A stretch of 62,340 nucleotides of DNA, filler included, from Chiloscyllium plagiosum (lineage: Eukaryota): NCBI RefSeq assembly GCF_004010195.1. It is 3 parts of one record of this genome, joined end to end, with 100 filler letters (N's around TTAATTAATTAA, not from the genome) between each part and the next. Parts side by side here need not be neighbours in the genome. Positions count along the whole stretch, not along the records: positions 21,576 to 51,933 come from NC_057716.1; 2 more parts are not named here. One strand, 5' to 3'. A program made the translations under genes and the position numbers. Below, one piece after another: positions 24,300-35,919 of this stretch; the first letter of the stretch is position 1; each line of letters begins with the position of its first letter. The notes beneath the pieces are model-generated. The model was not told the origin of the DNA. It ran no database searches and saw nothing but the letters and a program-made list of their open reading frames with translations.

Positions 24300-27200
24300 C
24301 CCTGCTGCAGGTGACAAGGGAGAGAGCTTATTGGTGAGTAGTGGGTAAGGCAGGTAAATCCTTACAACTTCTATCACTTATAGTCCTTTTTTTTTGGCTT
24401 CTAATTTGTAAGGGTAGTAGTACACGGATCAGGAAAGAAGGGCCTCACATAACTGGATTTCACCTAATATAAAGTACCTTCCAAAGTTTAAATTAAAGAG
24501 GTTAACCATGGCAGGAGAGCTCAAAGTCTTGGTTTGCTCCTCTTACTCCATGTGGCAAGCCATTGTCAGTTGGAGTTCTCAGGGTCAGCATATATGCAGG
24601 ACTGGAGCTGGAGCGACAGCTGGGGACAGAGAGTGTCATGGATAGTATGTATAAAGAGGTGGTCACACTGCAGCCTCAGATTCCACAGGCAGGAAGGAAT
24701 AGATGACCACCAGACAGAGCAAAAGGCATAGGCAGATTGACCACAGGAGATTCCTGCACTTTCTCCTGCAAAACAGATATTTCATTTTGGATACTGTTGG
24801 GGGGAATGACCTGTCAGGGGAAGGCAGGAGCAGCAGCCAAACTCGTTGCACCACAATTGGTTCTGCTGCAGAGGGGAAAAAAGTGTGCCAGAGTTATGGT
24901 TGTAAGGGACTCAACTGTAAGGGGAATAGACAGGTGTTTCTGTGGCTACAAATGAGACTTCAGGATGGTATGTTGCCTCCCTCGTGCTCGGGTCAAGGAT
25001 ATCTACAGGTGGGGTACAGGACATTCTTGAGGGGACGGTGAACAGCCAATGATCGTGGTACATATCAGTACAAGTGACATAGGTTAGAAAAAAGGGATAA
25101 GGTCCTAAAAGCAGAATACTTAGGAAGTAAGTTAAGAAATTGGACCTCAAACGTAGTGATCTCAGGAGTACCATCGATGCCTAGTGCTAATCAGATTAGA
25201 AATGACAGGATACATTGTACAAATACGTGGCTGTAAAGGTGGTATCAGTGGGAGGGTTTCAGATTCCTGGGGTATTGGGACTGGTTCTGGGGGAGGTGGG
25301 ATCTGTACAAATTGGACATGTTACACCTGGATAGGACTGGGATTGATGTCCTAGGGGGAATGTTTGCTAGAGCGGTTGGAGAGGGTTTTAACTAATATGC
25401 CAGGGGGATGGGAACCTATGCAAGGAGTCAGGGAAGGAGGAAGCAAGGACAAAAACAAAAGGTAGAAAAGGGAATAAGAAAAGTGAAATGCAGAGAAACC
25501 AAGGACAAAACTCAAACAGGGCTATTGAGAAAAATATTGGGAGCAAGACAAAATGTTAAAAAGACAAGCTGAAAGGCTTTGTGCCTTAATGTGGGAAACA
25601 TTTGCAATAAAGTGAATGAACTAATCACGCAGATAGATGAGAGCAAGCACGATGTAGTTGGGATTATGGAGACATGGCTGCAGGGTGACCAGGAGTGGGA
25701 ACTGAATGTCCCAGGGTATTCAGTATTTAGGAAGGACAGGCAAAAAAGGAGTGGTGGAGAGGCATTGCTGCTTAAAGAGGAAATTAACATAATAGTGAAA
25801 AAGGATGTTAGCTCTGACAATGTGAAGTATGTATGAGTAGAGTTGCAAGATATCAATGGACTAAAAATATTAGTGGGTGTCATATACAGACACTCAAACT
25901 GCAGTGGTGTTGTTGGGAATGGCATTAAACAAAAAATTAGAGATGCATGTTAAGGGAATATTGGAGATCATGGGTGATTTTAATCTGCACGTAGATTGGG
26001 TAAATCAAATTAGCCACAACGCTGTAGAGTAAGAATTTGTGGAGTGTATATGGGATGGTTTTCTTGACTAATCTATGGAGGAACCAAATAGAGAGCAGGC
26101 CATCTTAGACTTGGTATTGTATAATGAGAAGGGATCATTGCCAATCTAGCTGTACGAGACCCTCTGGGGATAAGCAACCATATACAATGGAATTTTTTTA
26201 TCAAGTTGGAGAGTGAGATAGTTGATTCGGAGACTAGGGTGCTGAATCTTAATAAAGGTAACAATGAAGATATGAGGTGAGTTGGCCTTGATTGATTAGG
26301 GAGAATTACTTAAAGGGATGACAGTGGATAGTCAGTGGCAAACATTCAAGGAATGCATGGAGGAACTGCAACAACTCTTCATTACTGTCTGGTACAAAAG
26401 CAAAATGGGTAATAGAGCCAAACTATGGCTTTCAAAGGAAATTAAAGATAGTAACTGATTGAAGGAAGAAGCATACAAATTGGCTAAGAAAATAATAGGT
26501 CTGAGGATTAGGAGCAGTTTAGAATTCAGCAAAGAAAGACCAAGGAATTGATTAAGAAGATGAAAATACAGGACAAAAACATACTTGCTGCGAGCATAAA
26601 TACTGACACGAAGAGTTTCTATACGTATGTGAAGAGAAAGAGATTTGGTGAAGACAAATGTAGGTCCCCTACAAACATAAAGTGGGGGGGGGAGGGGGGG
26701 TTTATAATAGGGGACTAAGAGATGGTTGAGCAACTGAATATAAACTTTGGTTCTGTCTTCACAAAAGAGGGCACAAATCAGATACCAGAAATATTGGAGA
26801 ATGCAAGGTTTAGCCAGAGGGAAGAACTGAGGGAGATCAACATTAGTAGAGGAATGCTGCAAGGAAAATTGAAGGGATTGAAGGCAGATAAATCCCCAGG
26901 GCCTGATAATCTAAATCACAGAGTACAGGTAGTTCTCCTATAATGCCATAGTTACATTCCAGCGAAACTTCGCCTAATAGAAATAATGGGCCTATGGGAA
27001 AAGTGGGGTTGGGACAGACCAGCAAAGAATATCACTCACGATCACTCAAAGATCACCCAGAAGTCTCACGCAAAGTACAGTACATCCTGAATGATGTTTG
27101 AAATCATATTTATTAACGAAACAAAAGTAAAGCTAACACAGTATATTTAAAAAAGCTGCTCTCTGTACAGTACCTCTCATAATCAGCTGCTCTGTCAGGC

Positions 27201-28812
27201 AGCTGACATCAGCACATGCACAGAATGACATGAAGGCTGGCGTCGACATCATGTATGCGCAGAACAGTGCGGAGGCTTCGGTCCGGACATTGGTGCACGT
27301 GCAGAATGAAGAGCGTGAACCGATCCCCGTTGGAATCGCCAACGGAGGGAAGCATTCTCGAAAATACTGTGCCCCAATTCTTCATCCCTTTGCCAAAATG
27401 CGCATATCCCAGAACTACCTGTATTTAATGAAATGGCTCTAGAAATAGTGAATGTATTGGTGGTTATTTTCCAGGATTCAATAGACTCTGGTACAGTTCC
27501 TGCAGATTGGAGGGTAGCTAATATCACTCCAATACTCAAAAAGGAAGGCAGAGAGAAACCAAGGTATTATAGAACAGTAAGCCTAACATCGGTAGTGGGG
27601 ACAATTCTCAAATCCATTATCAAGGACTTTATAGCAGAGCATTTAGAAACCAGTGGCAGAATCAGACAGATTCAGCATGGATTTATGAAGAGGAAATCAT
27701 GCTTGACAAATCTGTTGAAATTCTACAAAGATATTAGAGTTGACAAGAGGGATCCAGTTGGTGTAGTATATTTGGACTTTCAGGAAGTGTTTGACAAAGT
27801 CCCTCAGAAGAGATTATTGAGCAACATTAAAGCATATGAGATTAGGGAAATGTATTGAGATGAATAGAAAACTGGTTGGCAGGGAGGAAACAAAGAGTAG
27901 GAATTAATGGATCCTTTTCAAATTGGCAGGTAGTAACAGGGATCGGTGCTGAGACCCCAACTAATCACAATATATATTCATGATTTGGATGAGGGAACAA
28001 AAGGTAACATCTCAAAGTTTTCAGATGTTACCAAGTTGAGTGAGATGCTGAGCTTTGATGAGGATACAGAAATCCTTCAGCATGGTCTGGTTGGGTGAGT
28101 GAGCAAATCAATGGCAAATGCAATATAATTTGAATAAATGTGAGCAAAAACAAGAAGGCAGATTACTACCTGAATTGCTGTAAATTGGGAGGCGGTAAAA
28201 AAGGCAAATGTTATGTTGGCCATCATAGTGAGAGGTTTTGAGTACAGGAGCAGGTATGTATTGCAGTTATACAGGGCCTTGGAGGGACCTCATCTAGAAT
28301 ATCATGTACAGTTTTGGTCTCCTTTTCTGAGGAAGGATGTTCTTGCTCTCGTGGAAGTGCAGCGAAGGTTTGCCAGGCTGATTCCGGGGATGGCAGGACT
28401 AACATATGAGGAGAGATTGACTAGATTAGGATTATTTTTGCTGGAGTTCAGACAAATGTGGCAGGATCTCATAGAGACTTATAAAAGTCTAACAGGGCTA
28501 GACAAATTAGAAGCAGGGAGGATGTTCCTGATGATGGGTGTGTCCAAAACCTTAGGGCAGAAATGAGGAGATTTTTTTCATCCAAAGAGTGGTTAGCCTG
28601 TGGACATCATTACTGCAGGAAGTGGTTGATGCCAAAACATTGAATGTATTCAAGAGGTGGCTAGATATAGCACTTGGGGAAAATGGAATAAAATGTTTTA
28701 CGGAGAAAGCAGGACTGGGCTATTAAGGTAGATGATCAGCCATGATCGTGATGAATGGTGGAGCAGGCTCAAGGGGCAAAATGGCCTCCTCCTGCTTCTA
28801 TTTTCTATGTTT
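24300..28812 (+). mobile_element. Near full-length decayed CR1 LINE (ORF1 esterase, APE endonuclease, RT, 3' tail)
   Basis: VMVVRDSTVRG (ORF1 SGNH-like), CLNVGNI..GIMETWL (APE), KSPGPD, QHGFMKRKSCLTNL, HLEYHVQFWSP; 3' tail ttctatgtttccatg. Confidence 0.88.
26926..27421. mobile_element. Tigger/pogo-type (Tc1-mariner superfamily) MITE inserted in CR1
   Basis: TA|CAGGTAGTTCT ... AGAACTACCTG|TA: terminal inverted repeats with TA duplication; CR1 sequence resumes across the insertion. Confidence 0.85.
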
Positions 28813-28994
28813 CCATGTTTGCTGCTTGCCAAGGGTCCTTTTGTGGTCATGCCTGCATCTAGACCTGAGAGGCCCAAGTTCAATGCTGACCTGCTTCAGC
28901 GCCACACACCAACATTTCTGTACATGTTGATTAGAAAAGCTGTTTTAAAAAAAATGCATGTCAAGTCTTCGCACTGCACCCACATTTTCAGATG

Positions 28995-29494
28995 ACACTA
29001 GATACTGTACACTAATCAGAAGGATGTTGTGAAACTTGAAAGGATTGGAGGATTTGAGCAATAGGGAGAGGCTGAATAGGCTGCTGTTTTTCCAGGAGCT
29101 TTGGAGGCTGAGGGGTGACCGAAGAGAGGTTTATAAAATCATGAGGGGCATGTATAGGATAAATAGACACAAGTTTTTTCCCTGGGGTGGGGGAAGCCCA
29201 GAACTAGGGCACAGGTTTAGGGCGAGTGGGGAAAGATTTAAAAGGGACCTCAGGTGCAATTTTTTCACACAGAGGGTGGTGCTTGTATGGAATGAGCTGC
29301 CAGAGGAAGTGGTGGAGGCTGGTACAATTGTAACATTTAAGAGGCATTTGGATGGGTATATGAATAGGAAGGGTTTGGAGGGATATGGTCCAGGTGCTGG
29401 CAAATGGGACTAGATTGGGTTGGGATATCTAGTCTGTATGGACGGATTGGACCGAAGGGTCTGTTTCCGTGCTGTACATCTGTATGACTCTATG
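28995..29494 (+). mobile_element. CR1 LINE 3' fragment
   Basis: RLRGD..FFTQRVV..WNELPEEVVEAG; tail tgtatgactctatg. Confidence 0.88.
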
Positions 29495-29527
29495 TATTTA
29501 GAGCGAACGCTTACTTACGTAAAGCCA

Positions 29528-29726
29528 CAAATCACACAACACTAGGTTATAGTCCAACAGGTTTAATTGGAAGCATTAGCTTTCGGTTGCACTCCACAAC
29601 CATCTGATGAAGGAGCGGCACCCGGAAAACTAGTGCTTCCAAGTAAACCTGTTGGACTATAACCTGACGTTGTGTGATTTGTAACATTGTACACCCCAGT
29701 CCAACACCGGCATCTCCAAATCATTG
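29528..29726. mobile_element. ~200-bp hairpin Penelope-derived element with hammerhead core
   Basis: ~58-bp inverted arms; CTGATGA at 29604-29610; exact 10-bp flanking direct repeat cgtaaagcca (29518-29527, 29727-29736). Confidence 0.8.
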
Positions 29727-29829
29727 CGTAAAGCCAGCTTTCTCATATCCAGAAGTACCATGCACAAATGATAGGTTATTTCGAAGTGTGCACCATGAAG
29801 TGGCCTCACTTTGTTAGCTCGTTGTGAGT

Positions 29830-30121
29830 GAGTAGCGGGACAGGAGGCTTGTTCCCCGCGAATCCTGCGTCCTCCCGAGCAGCAGCAGCTAACGGCCGGG
29901 CCCGCGCCACCAACCGCCCTTCCTTCGAAATTCCCCTGTCAGGGGATTGGGCTGAATTCGTGACCGGCAGCTCCCTCCACCACTCACCGCGTGCCCCTCC
30001 ACCTAGGGGCGGGCCGTTCCCTCAGCGCAGCCAATCAATGCTGTTATCTTAGTCGGAAATTCCGCTGAGGTGCCGCTGTCAGCTGGTGATGTCTGGAAGG
30101 AAAAGTTTCTGTTACAGTGAG
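29830..30121 (+). promoter_or_regulatory. CCDC14: CpG-rich promoter and putative non-coding first exon of CCDC14
   Basis: Local CpG enrichment, GC box ggggcgggcc (about 30006), CCAAT boxes in both orientations (about 29946 and 30031), ETS-like cggaaat, donor-like GAG|gtaggt at 30121. Confidence 0.65.
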
Positions 30122-30376
30122 GTAGGTGGATGTTTCCTGGGTACGGTGCTGGTGTGACAATTTATTTATATATAAATTGCTAATACGTTGGTGCGTCTTG
30201 AATTAAAATCGTTTAAAGTGTCACTCGCGAGTATCTTGTGGGCGAGTGGGGCAGTGTTATGAAGCTTGGAGAGGGTAGTGGTATTGGAGTCATGCTCTTG
30301 CTGTCAGATATCCTTCAGGGAACACCTTGATTTGGTCGAATATCCTTTCATCATTGGCATATAAACTGCCTTGAAG

Positions 30377-30436
30377 ATGCCCTTCGGATACAATCGGGAG
30401 ACCACAATCAAGATGAAACCTGGGAAGGCTTCGAAG
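30377..30436 (+). CDS. CCDC14: CCDC14 first coding exon (exon about 30308-30436; ATG at 30377 or 30413)
   Basis: ctgtcAG acceptor, in-frame upstream TAA, MPFGYNRETTIKMKPGKASK|gtaag; phase 0 fits the next exon. Confidence 0.6.
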
Positions 30437-30593
30437 GTAAGAAATGTTGAGAATTGTTTCAAACGATTGTTAGCGTAATCTGGAAAGCTGAAACAAAACA
30501 GGAATTGCTGGAGAAACTAAACTCAACGGGTCTGGTAGTATACGTCGAGAGAAAGGAGTTAACGTTTTGGGTTCAGTGACCCTTTAGAATAAT

Positions 30594-31612
30594 GTGATCA
30601 AGGATAGTCAGCATTGTTTTGTGAAGGGCAGGTCGTGCCTCACAAACCTTATTGAATTCTTTGAGAAGGTGACTAAGGAGGTGGACGAGGGGAAAGCGGT
30701 AGATGTGTATATGGATTTTAGTAAGGCATTTGATAAGGTTCCCCATGGTAGACTACTGCAAAAAATACGGAGGTATGGCATTGAGGGTGAGTTGGAGGTT
30801 TGGATTAGGAGTTGGCTGGCTGGAAGAAGACAGAGGGTAGTAGTTGATGGCAAAGGTTCATCTTGGAGTGCCATCACTAGCGGTGTTCCGCAAGGATCTG
30901 TTTTGGGACCATTGCTGTTGTCATTTTTATAAATGACCTGCAGGAGGGGTTAGAAGGTTGGGTGAGCAAGTTTGCGAATGATACGAAAGTCGGAGGAGTT
31001 GTAGACAGGGAGGAAGGACGTGGCAGGTTACAGAGGGATATAGATAAGCTGCAAACATTAATCAGTAACAACCTTCACCTGGAAGTGTCAGTATGATACA
31101 TGCCGCAGTATCGAGTGGATGGGAAATAGAGTGGAGTTGAAACCAAAATGAAAAACACTATTCTGAAGCCCCTACCTGAGTCACAGCCCTAGCATGGACA
31201 TCCACATGGAGGTGACCAAATGTTCAGAGTATGTGGGTAGGGAGGCAGGATTGAATAGGAGTGGGGTGAGGCACAGTTTCCAGGGTGAGACGCAGGCAAT
31301 AAAGCAGCTTCAGGCTCCATGATATGAGACTCAGCACGACTTCCTTCCACTTGTGTCTTGCTGGATCTGTGAAGGGTAGGCTAGCCCAGGTTGTGGAACA
31401 GAGTCACCTCGATGACACTTATTCAGCGAGTCGTGAGTTCATGGAATGTCCTGCCAGTAGCAGTGGTGGACTCTTCCTCATTATGGGCATTTAAGCGGGC
31501 GTTGGATAGGCATATGGAGGATAGTGGGCTAGTGTAGGTTAGGTGGGCTTGGATCGGCGCAACATCGAGGGCCGAAGGGCCTGTACTGCGCTGTCTTCTT
31601 CTATGTTCTATG
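30594..31612 (+). mobile_element. Interrupted CR1 fragment (RT part 30594-31050, 3' end about 31410-31612)
   Basis: SQHCFVKGRSCLTNL, GVPQGSVLG; tail ttctatgttctatg. Confidence 0.8.
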
Positions 31613-31920
31613 TAGAACTTTAGAACCCTATTTTCTCTTCACAGATGTTACCAGACCTGCTGAGTTTCTCCAATTTCTGTTTTTGTTAATGAGCTATGTG
31701 ATTTCTAATGTGATTTTAGTTTGAGGGTACTATGTACTAATTTAAATTCGATTGCTGATAGGATTTGTTTGGATTGTTTTGGATGATTGCAAACTCAGTT
31801 TGGTGTTTAGTTGTTTTTGTTTTCATTGTTTGGGAGAAAACATCCACTTAACAGTAATCTCTGATGTGAAACTTGAGGACACAAATTCATAACTTGACTA
31901 ATATTTGGACTGAGAATTTT

Positions 31921-32222
31921 CATAGAATCCCTACTGAGTGTAACAAGTCTACACAAACCCTCTGAAAGTAACCCACCCAAACCCATTCCCCTACCCTATT
32001 ATCCTATATTTACCCCGACCAATGCACTTAACCTACACATCCCTAAAGACTATGGGCAATTCATCTAATCTGCACATCTTTGGACTGTGAGAGGAAACCA
32101 GAACACCTGGAGTAAACCCATGCAGACATGTGCACACAGTCAGTCGCCGAAGGCTGGAGTTGAACCCAGGTCCCTGGCGCTTGAGGCAGCAGTGCTAGCC
32201 ACTGAGCCACTGTGCTGCCACA
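31921..32222 (-). mobile_element. Older V-SINE (HE1-like) copy
   Basis: Diverged match to the 34613-34935 element. Confidence 0.75.
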
Positions 32223-32349
32223 TTTTACAGTAATTGGGAAATTGCATTTGTCTGAATATTTCAGGAATGTATGATAGGTTAAATAAATAAACTTTTCAAA
32301 TCCAAGCCAGAATCTCTGAGCAATGCTGAGTGGCCATAAGTTATTACTA

Positions 32350-33225
32350 AAAACACACAACACCAAGTTATACTCCAACAGGTTTATTTGGAAGCACTAG
32401 CTTTGAGAGTGCTGACTATTGAGGTGATTGTGGGGAATAAGACCATAAGACACAGAATTTATAGCAAAAGATTACACTGTCATGCAACTGAAATGATATA
32501 TTGAACAAACCTGGATTGTTAAGTCATTCATCTTTTAGAATGTTTTGATTCATTAATATATAAATCCCAGAACTTCTTTTAAGTCACCTTCTTGAGATAA
32601 CTTAAGGTTTTATAACAAAAGGTCAGCTCAGACAATGCATTGAAGATGTGTGGTTAGAGACTGGCTGTATCCACGTCTTGAGTCAGACTGGTTCTATTTC
32701 CAAAGTGGAATTTACAAAATATACATTGACTGCCTGCAGTTTGTGCATTTGTTTGAGCAAAATAGAATGAATCTGCAAATATAATTCTGCAAATACAAAT
32801 TCACCAATAGAATTATGTCTGTGCGTGTACATGGGGGAGAGAGTTAGCACTGCTGCCTCACAGCGCCAGAGACCCGGGTTCAATTCCCGCCTGAGGCGAC
32901 TGACTGTGTGGAGTTTGTACATTCTTCCCGTGTCTGCGTGGGTTTCCTCCGGGTGCTCCGGTTTCCTCCCACAGTCCAAAGATGTGCAGGTCAGGTGAAT
33001 TGGCCATGCTAAATTGCCCGTAGTGTTAGGTAAGGGGTAGATGTAGGGGTATGGGTGGGTTGCGCTTCGGTGGGGCGGTGTGGACTTGTTGGGCCGAAGG
33101 GCCTGTTCCACACTGTAAGTAATCTAATCTAAAAAAAAAATCTAAAGAGTGTGTGTATGTGAGAGAGTGTGTATTTGCGTGTGTGAAATCTTGGTAAAGT
33201 GTGTGGGTGTGATGGAGTATAAGTT
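32350..33225 (-). mobile_element. Penelope-like 3' region interrupted by a V-SINE
   Basis: Begins with the same arm sequence as 29528-29585. Confidence 0.55.
32843..33132 (+). mobile_element. V-SINE (HE1-like), 5' truncated
   Basis: B-box ggttcaattcc, V-domain gggtttcctccgggtgctccggtttcctccc, (AATCT)n tail. Confidence 0.88.
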
Positions 33226-33514
33226 AACTTGGCAACCGTCGCTCCTGATTTGCCCAACATTTAACCCCTCCACTAAACTAAGACATTCATTGTTTGTTGA
33301 GAGCATTGTGTTGTGTAGACTAAAACTAAAACATTTTGGATATTGGAGTTCAAAAATAAAAAACAAAATGTTGGAGAAACTTAAGTCTCTCAGCATCTAT
33401 GGAGAGAGAAAACAAACATATTAATTAATGTTTAGAGTCCAACATGAATCATCTTCAGAACTGAAGAACTGTTATGAGGAAGAGTTGAAGAGTGTGGTGC
33501 TGAAAAAGCAGAGC

Positions 33515-35830
33515 TCTGTCCTCATCAATCCTCTTTGTTACTTTTTCAAAAAGACTCAATCAGGTTTATCAGACATGATTTCCCACGCACAAAGCCATGT
33601 TGGCTATCACTAATCAGTCCTTGCCTTTCCAAATGCATGTAAATCCTGTCCCTCAGGATTCTGTCCAAAAACGTACGCACTACCGATGTCAGGCTCACTG
33701 GTCTATAGTTCCTTGGCTTTTCCTTACCACCTTTCTTAAATAATGGCACCATTTTAGCCAACCTTTAGTCTTCTGTCACCTCACCTGTGACTATCGATAA
33801 TCTAACTATCTCAGCAAGGGGCCCAGCAATCAGTTCTTTATATTCCCATCAGCGGGGCGGGGGGCAGAGGTGAGGTTACACCTATCAGGTCATGGGGATG
33901 TACCCACTTTTATGCATTTTAAGACGTGGAGAAGGTGAGGACTGCAGATGCTGGAGATCAGAGTTAAAATGTGTGGTGCTGGAAAAGCATAGCAGGTCAG
34001 GCAGCATCTGAGGAGCAAAAGAGTCAGCGTTTTGGGCATAAGCCCTTCTTAAGCCCAAAATGTCGACTCTCTTGCTCCTCAGATGCTGTATGACCTGCTG
34101 TGCTTTTTCAGTGCCACTCATTTTTCAAGATGTCACCATCTATTTCTCCACATTCTGTATCTTCCATGTCCTTCTCCACAGTTAACACTGATGCACAATA
34201 TTCATCGAGTCATAGAGATGTACAGCCCAGAAACAATCCCTTCGGTCCAACTCATCCATGCCGACCAAATATCCCAACCTAATGTAGTCCCATTTGCCAG
34301 CACTTGGCCCGTATCTCTTGAAATCCTTCCTATTCATATACCCATCAAGATGCCTTTTAAATGATGCAGTTGTACCAGCCTCCACCACTTCCTCTGACAG
34401 CTCATTCCATATACGCACCATCCTCTGCGTGAAAACGTTGCCCCTTATGTCCTTTTAATATCTTTCCCCTCTCATCCTAAACCTATGCCCTCTAGTTCTG
34501 GACTGCCTCACCCCAGGGAAAATACCTTTATCTATTTATTCTCTGCATGCCCTTCATAATTTCATTAACCTCTATGGGTCACCCCTCAGGCTTCAACTCT
34601 CCAGAGTTTTGTGGGCGGCACGGTGGCACAGTGGTTAGCACTGCTGCCTCACAGCGCCTGAGACCCGGGTTCAATTCCCGCCTCAGGCGATTGACTGTGT
34701 GGAGTTTGCATGTTCTCCCCGTGTCTGTGTGGGTTTCCTCCGGGTGCTCCGGTTTCCTCCCACAGTCCAAAGATGTGCAGGTTAGGTGAATTGGCCATGC
34801 TAAATTGCCCATAGTGTTAGGTAAGGGGTAAATGTAGGGGTATGGGTGGGTTGTGCTTCGGCGGGTCGGTGTGGACTTGTTGGGCCCAAGGGCCTGTTTC
34901 CACACTGTAATGTAATGTAATCTAATCTAATCTAAACAGCCCCAGCCTATTCAACCTATCCCTATAGACCTTGGAGTGCAGGTTCATAACTCCTTGGAAG
35001 TGGAGTCGCAGGTTGATAGGATAGTGAAAAAGACATTTGGTATGGTTTCTTTTACTGGTCAGAGTATTGAGTACAGGAGTTGGGAGGTCATGTTGCGGCT
35101 GTACAGGACATTAGTTAGGCCACTGTTGGGATATTCCATGCAGTTCTGGTCTCCTTCCTATCGGAATGATGTTGTGAAACTTGAAAGGGTTCAGAAAAGA
35201 TTTACAAGGATGTTGCCAGGGTTGGAGGATTTGAGCTATAGGGAGAGGCTGAACAGGCTGGGGCTGTTTTCCCTGCAGCGTCGTAGCTGAGGGGTGACCT
35301 TATCGAGGTTTACAAAATTGACGGGCATGGATAGGGTAAATAGGCAAAGTCTTTTCCCTGAGGTGGGGAGTCCAGAACTAGAGGCCATAGGTTTAGGGTG
35401 AGAGGGGAAAGATATAAAAGTTACTTAAGGGGCAACCGTTGCACACAGAGGGTGGTACATGTATGGAATGAGCTGCCAGAGGAAGTGGTGCAACATTTAA
35501 AAGGCATTTGTATGGGTATATGAATAGGAAGGGTTTGGAGGGATATGGGCCAGGTGCTGGGAGGTGGAACTAGATTGGGTTGGGATAACTGGTCAGCATG
35601 AACGGGTTGGACTGTAGGATCTGAAAAACAACCCTCTACCACCGTCCTCTGTCTTCTACCTTCAAGCAGTTCTGTCTCCAAATGGCTAGTTCTCAATGTA
35701 TTCCATGAGCTCCCTATTTAATATCTTCCGCCATCTCCCGTGGTTCCACACATAGTCTGCTTTGCTTCCTAGTTACCCTTTTGTCCTTCATAAATTCATA
35801 AAATCCCTTTGGATTCTCCTTAACCCTTTA
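33515..35830. mobile_element. Nested CR1 fragments in alternating orientation (minus 33515-34967, plus 34968-35615, minus 35616-35830)
   Basis: CR1 RT and 3' motifs on both strands; contains a hairpin Penelope insert (about 33928-34122) and a V-SINE. Confidence 0.8.
34613..34935 (+). mobile_element. Full-length V-SINE (HE1-like)
   Basis: tRNA-like head (tggcacagtgg / ggttcaattcc), V-domain, CR1-like 3' tail with (AATCT)n. Confidence 0.9.
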
Positions 35831-35919
35831 GTGGAGAACTTTGAAATTTTCTAACAAAACCTTGTATTTGTATAATATATTTATGTCCTGTGCAAACTGA
35901 GCCACATCAATAGCTGTTA

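Noticed and set aside
34613..34690. tRNA gene
   Set aside because: tRNA-derived SINE head continuing into the V-domain; no complete cloverleaf seen.
34579..34905. Recurrent MWKQAL...-type ORFs (also 32683, 36573, 49269, 54949, 56514)
   Set aside because: Chance antisense frames of V-SINE copies, not a protein family.
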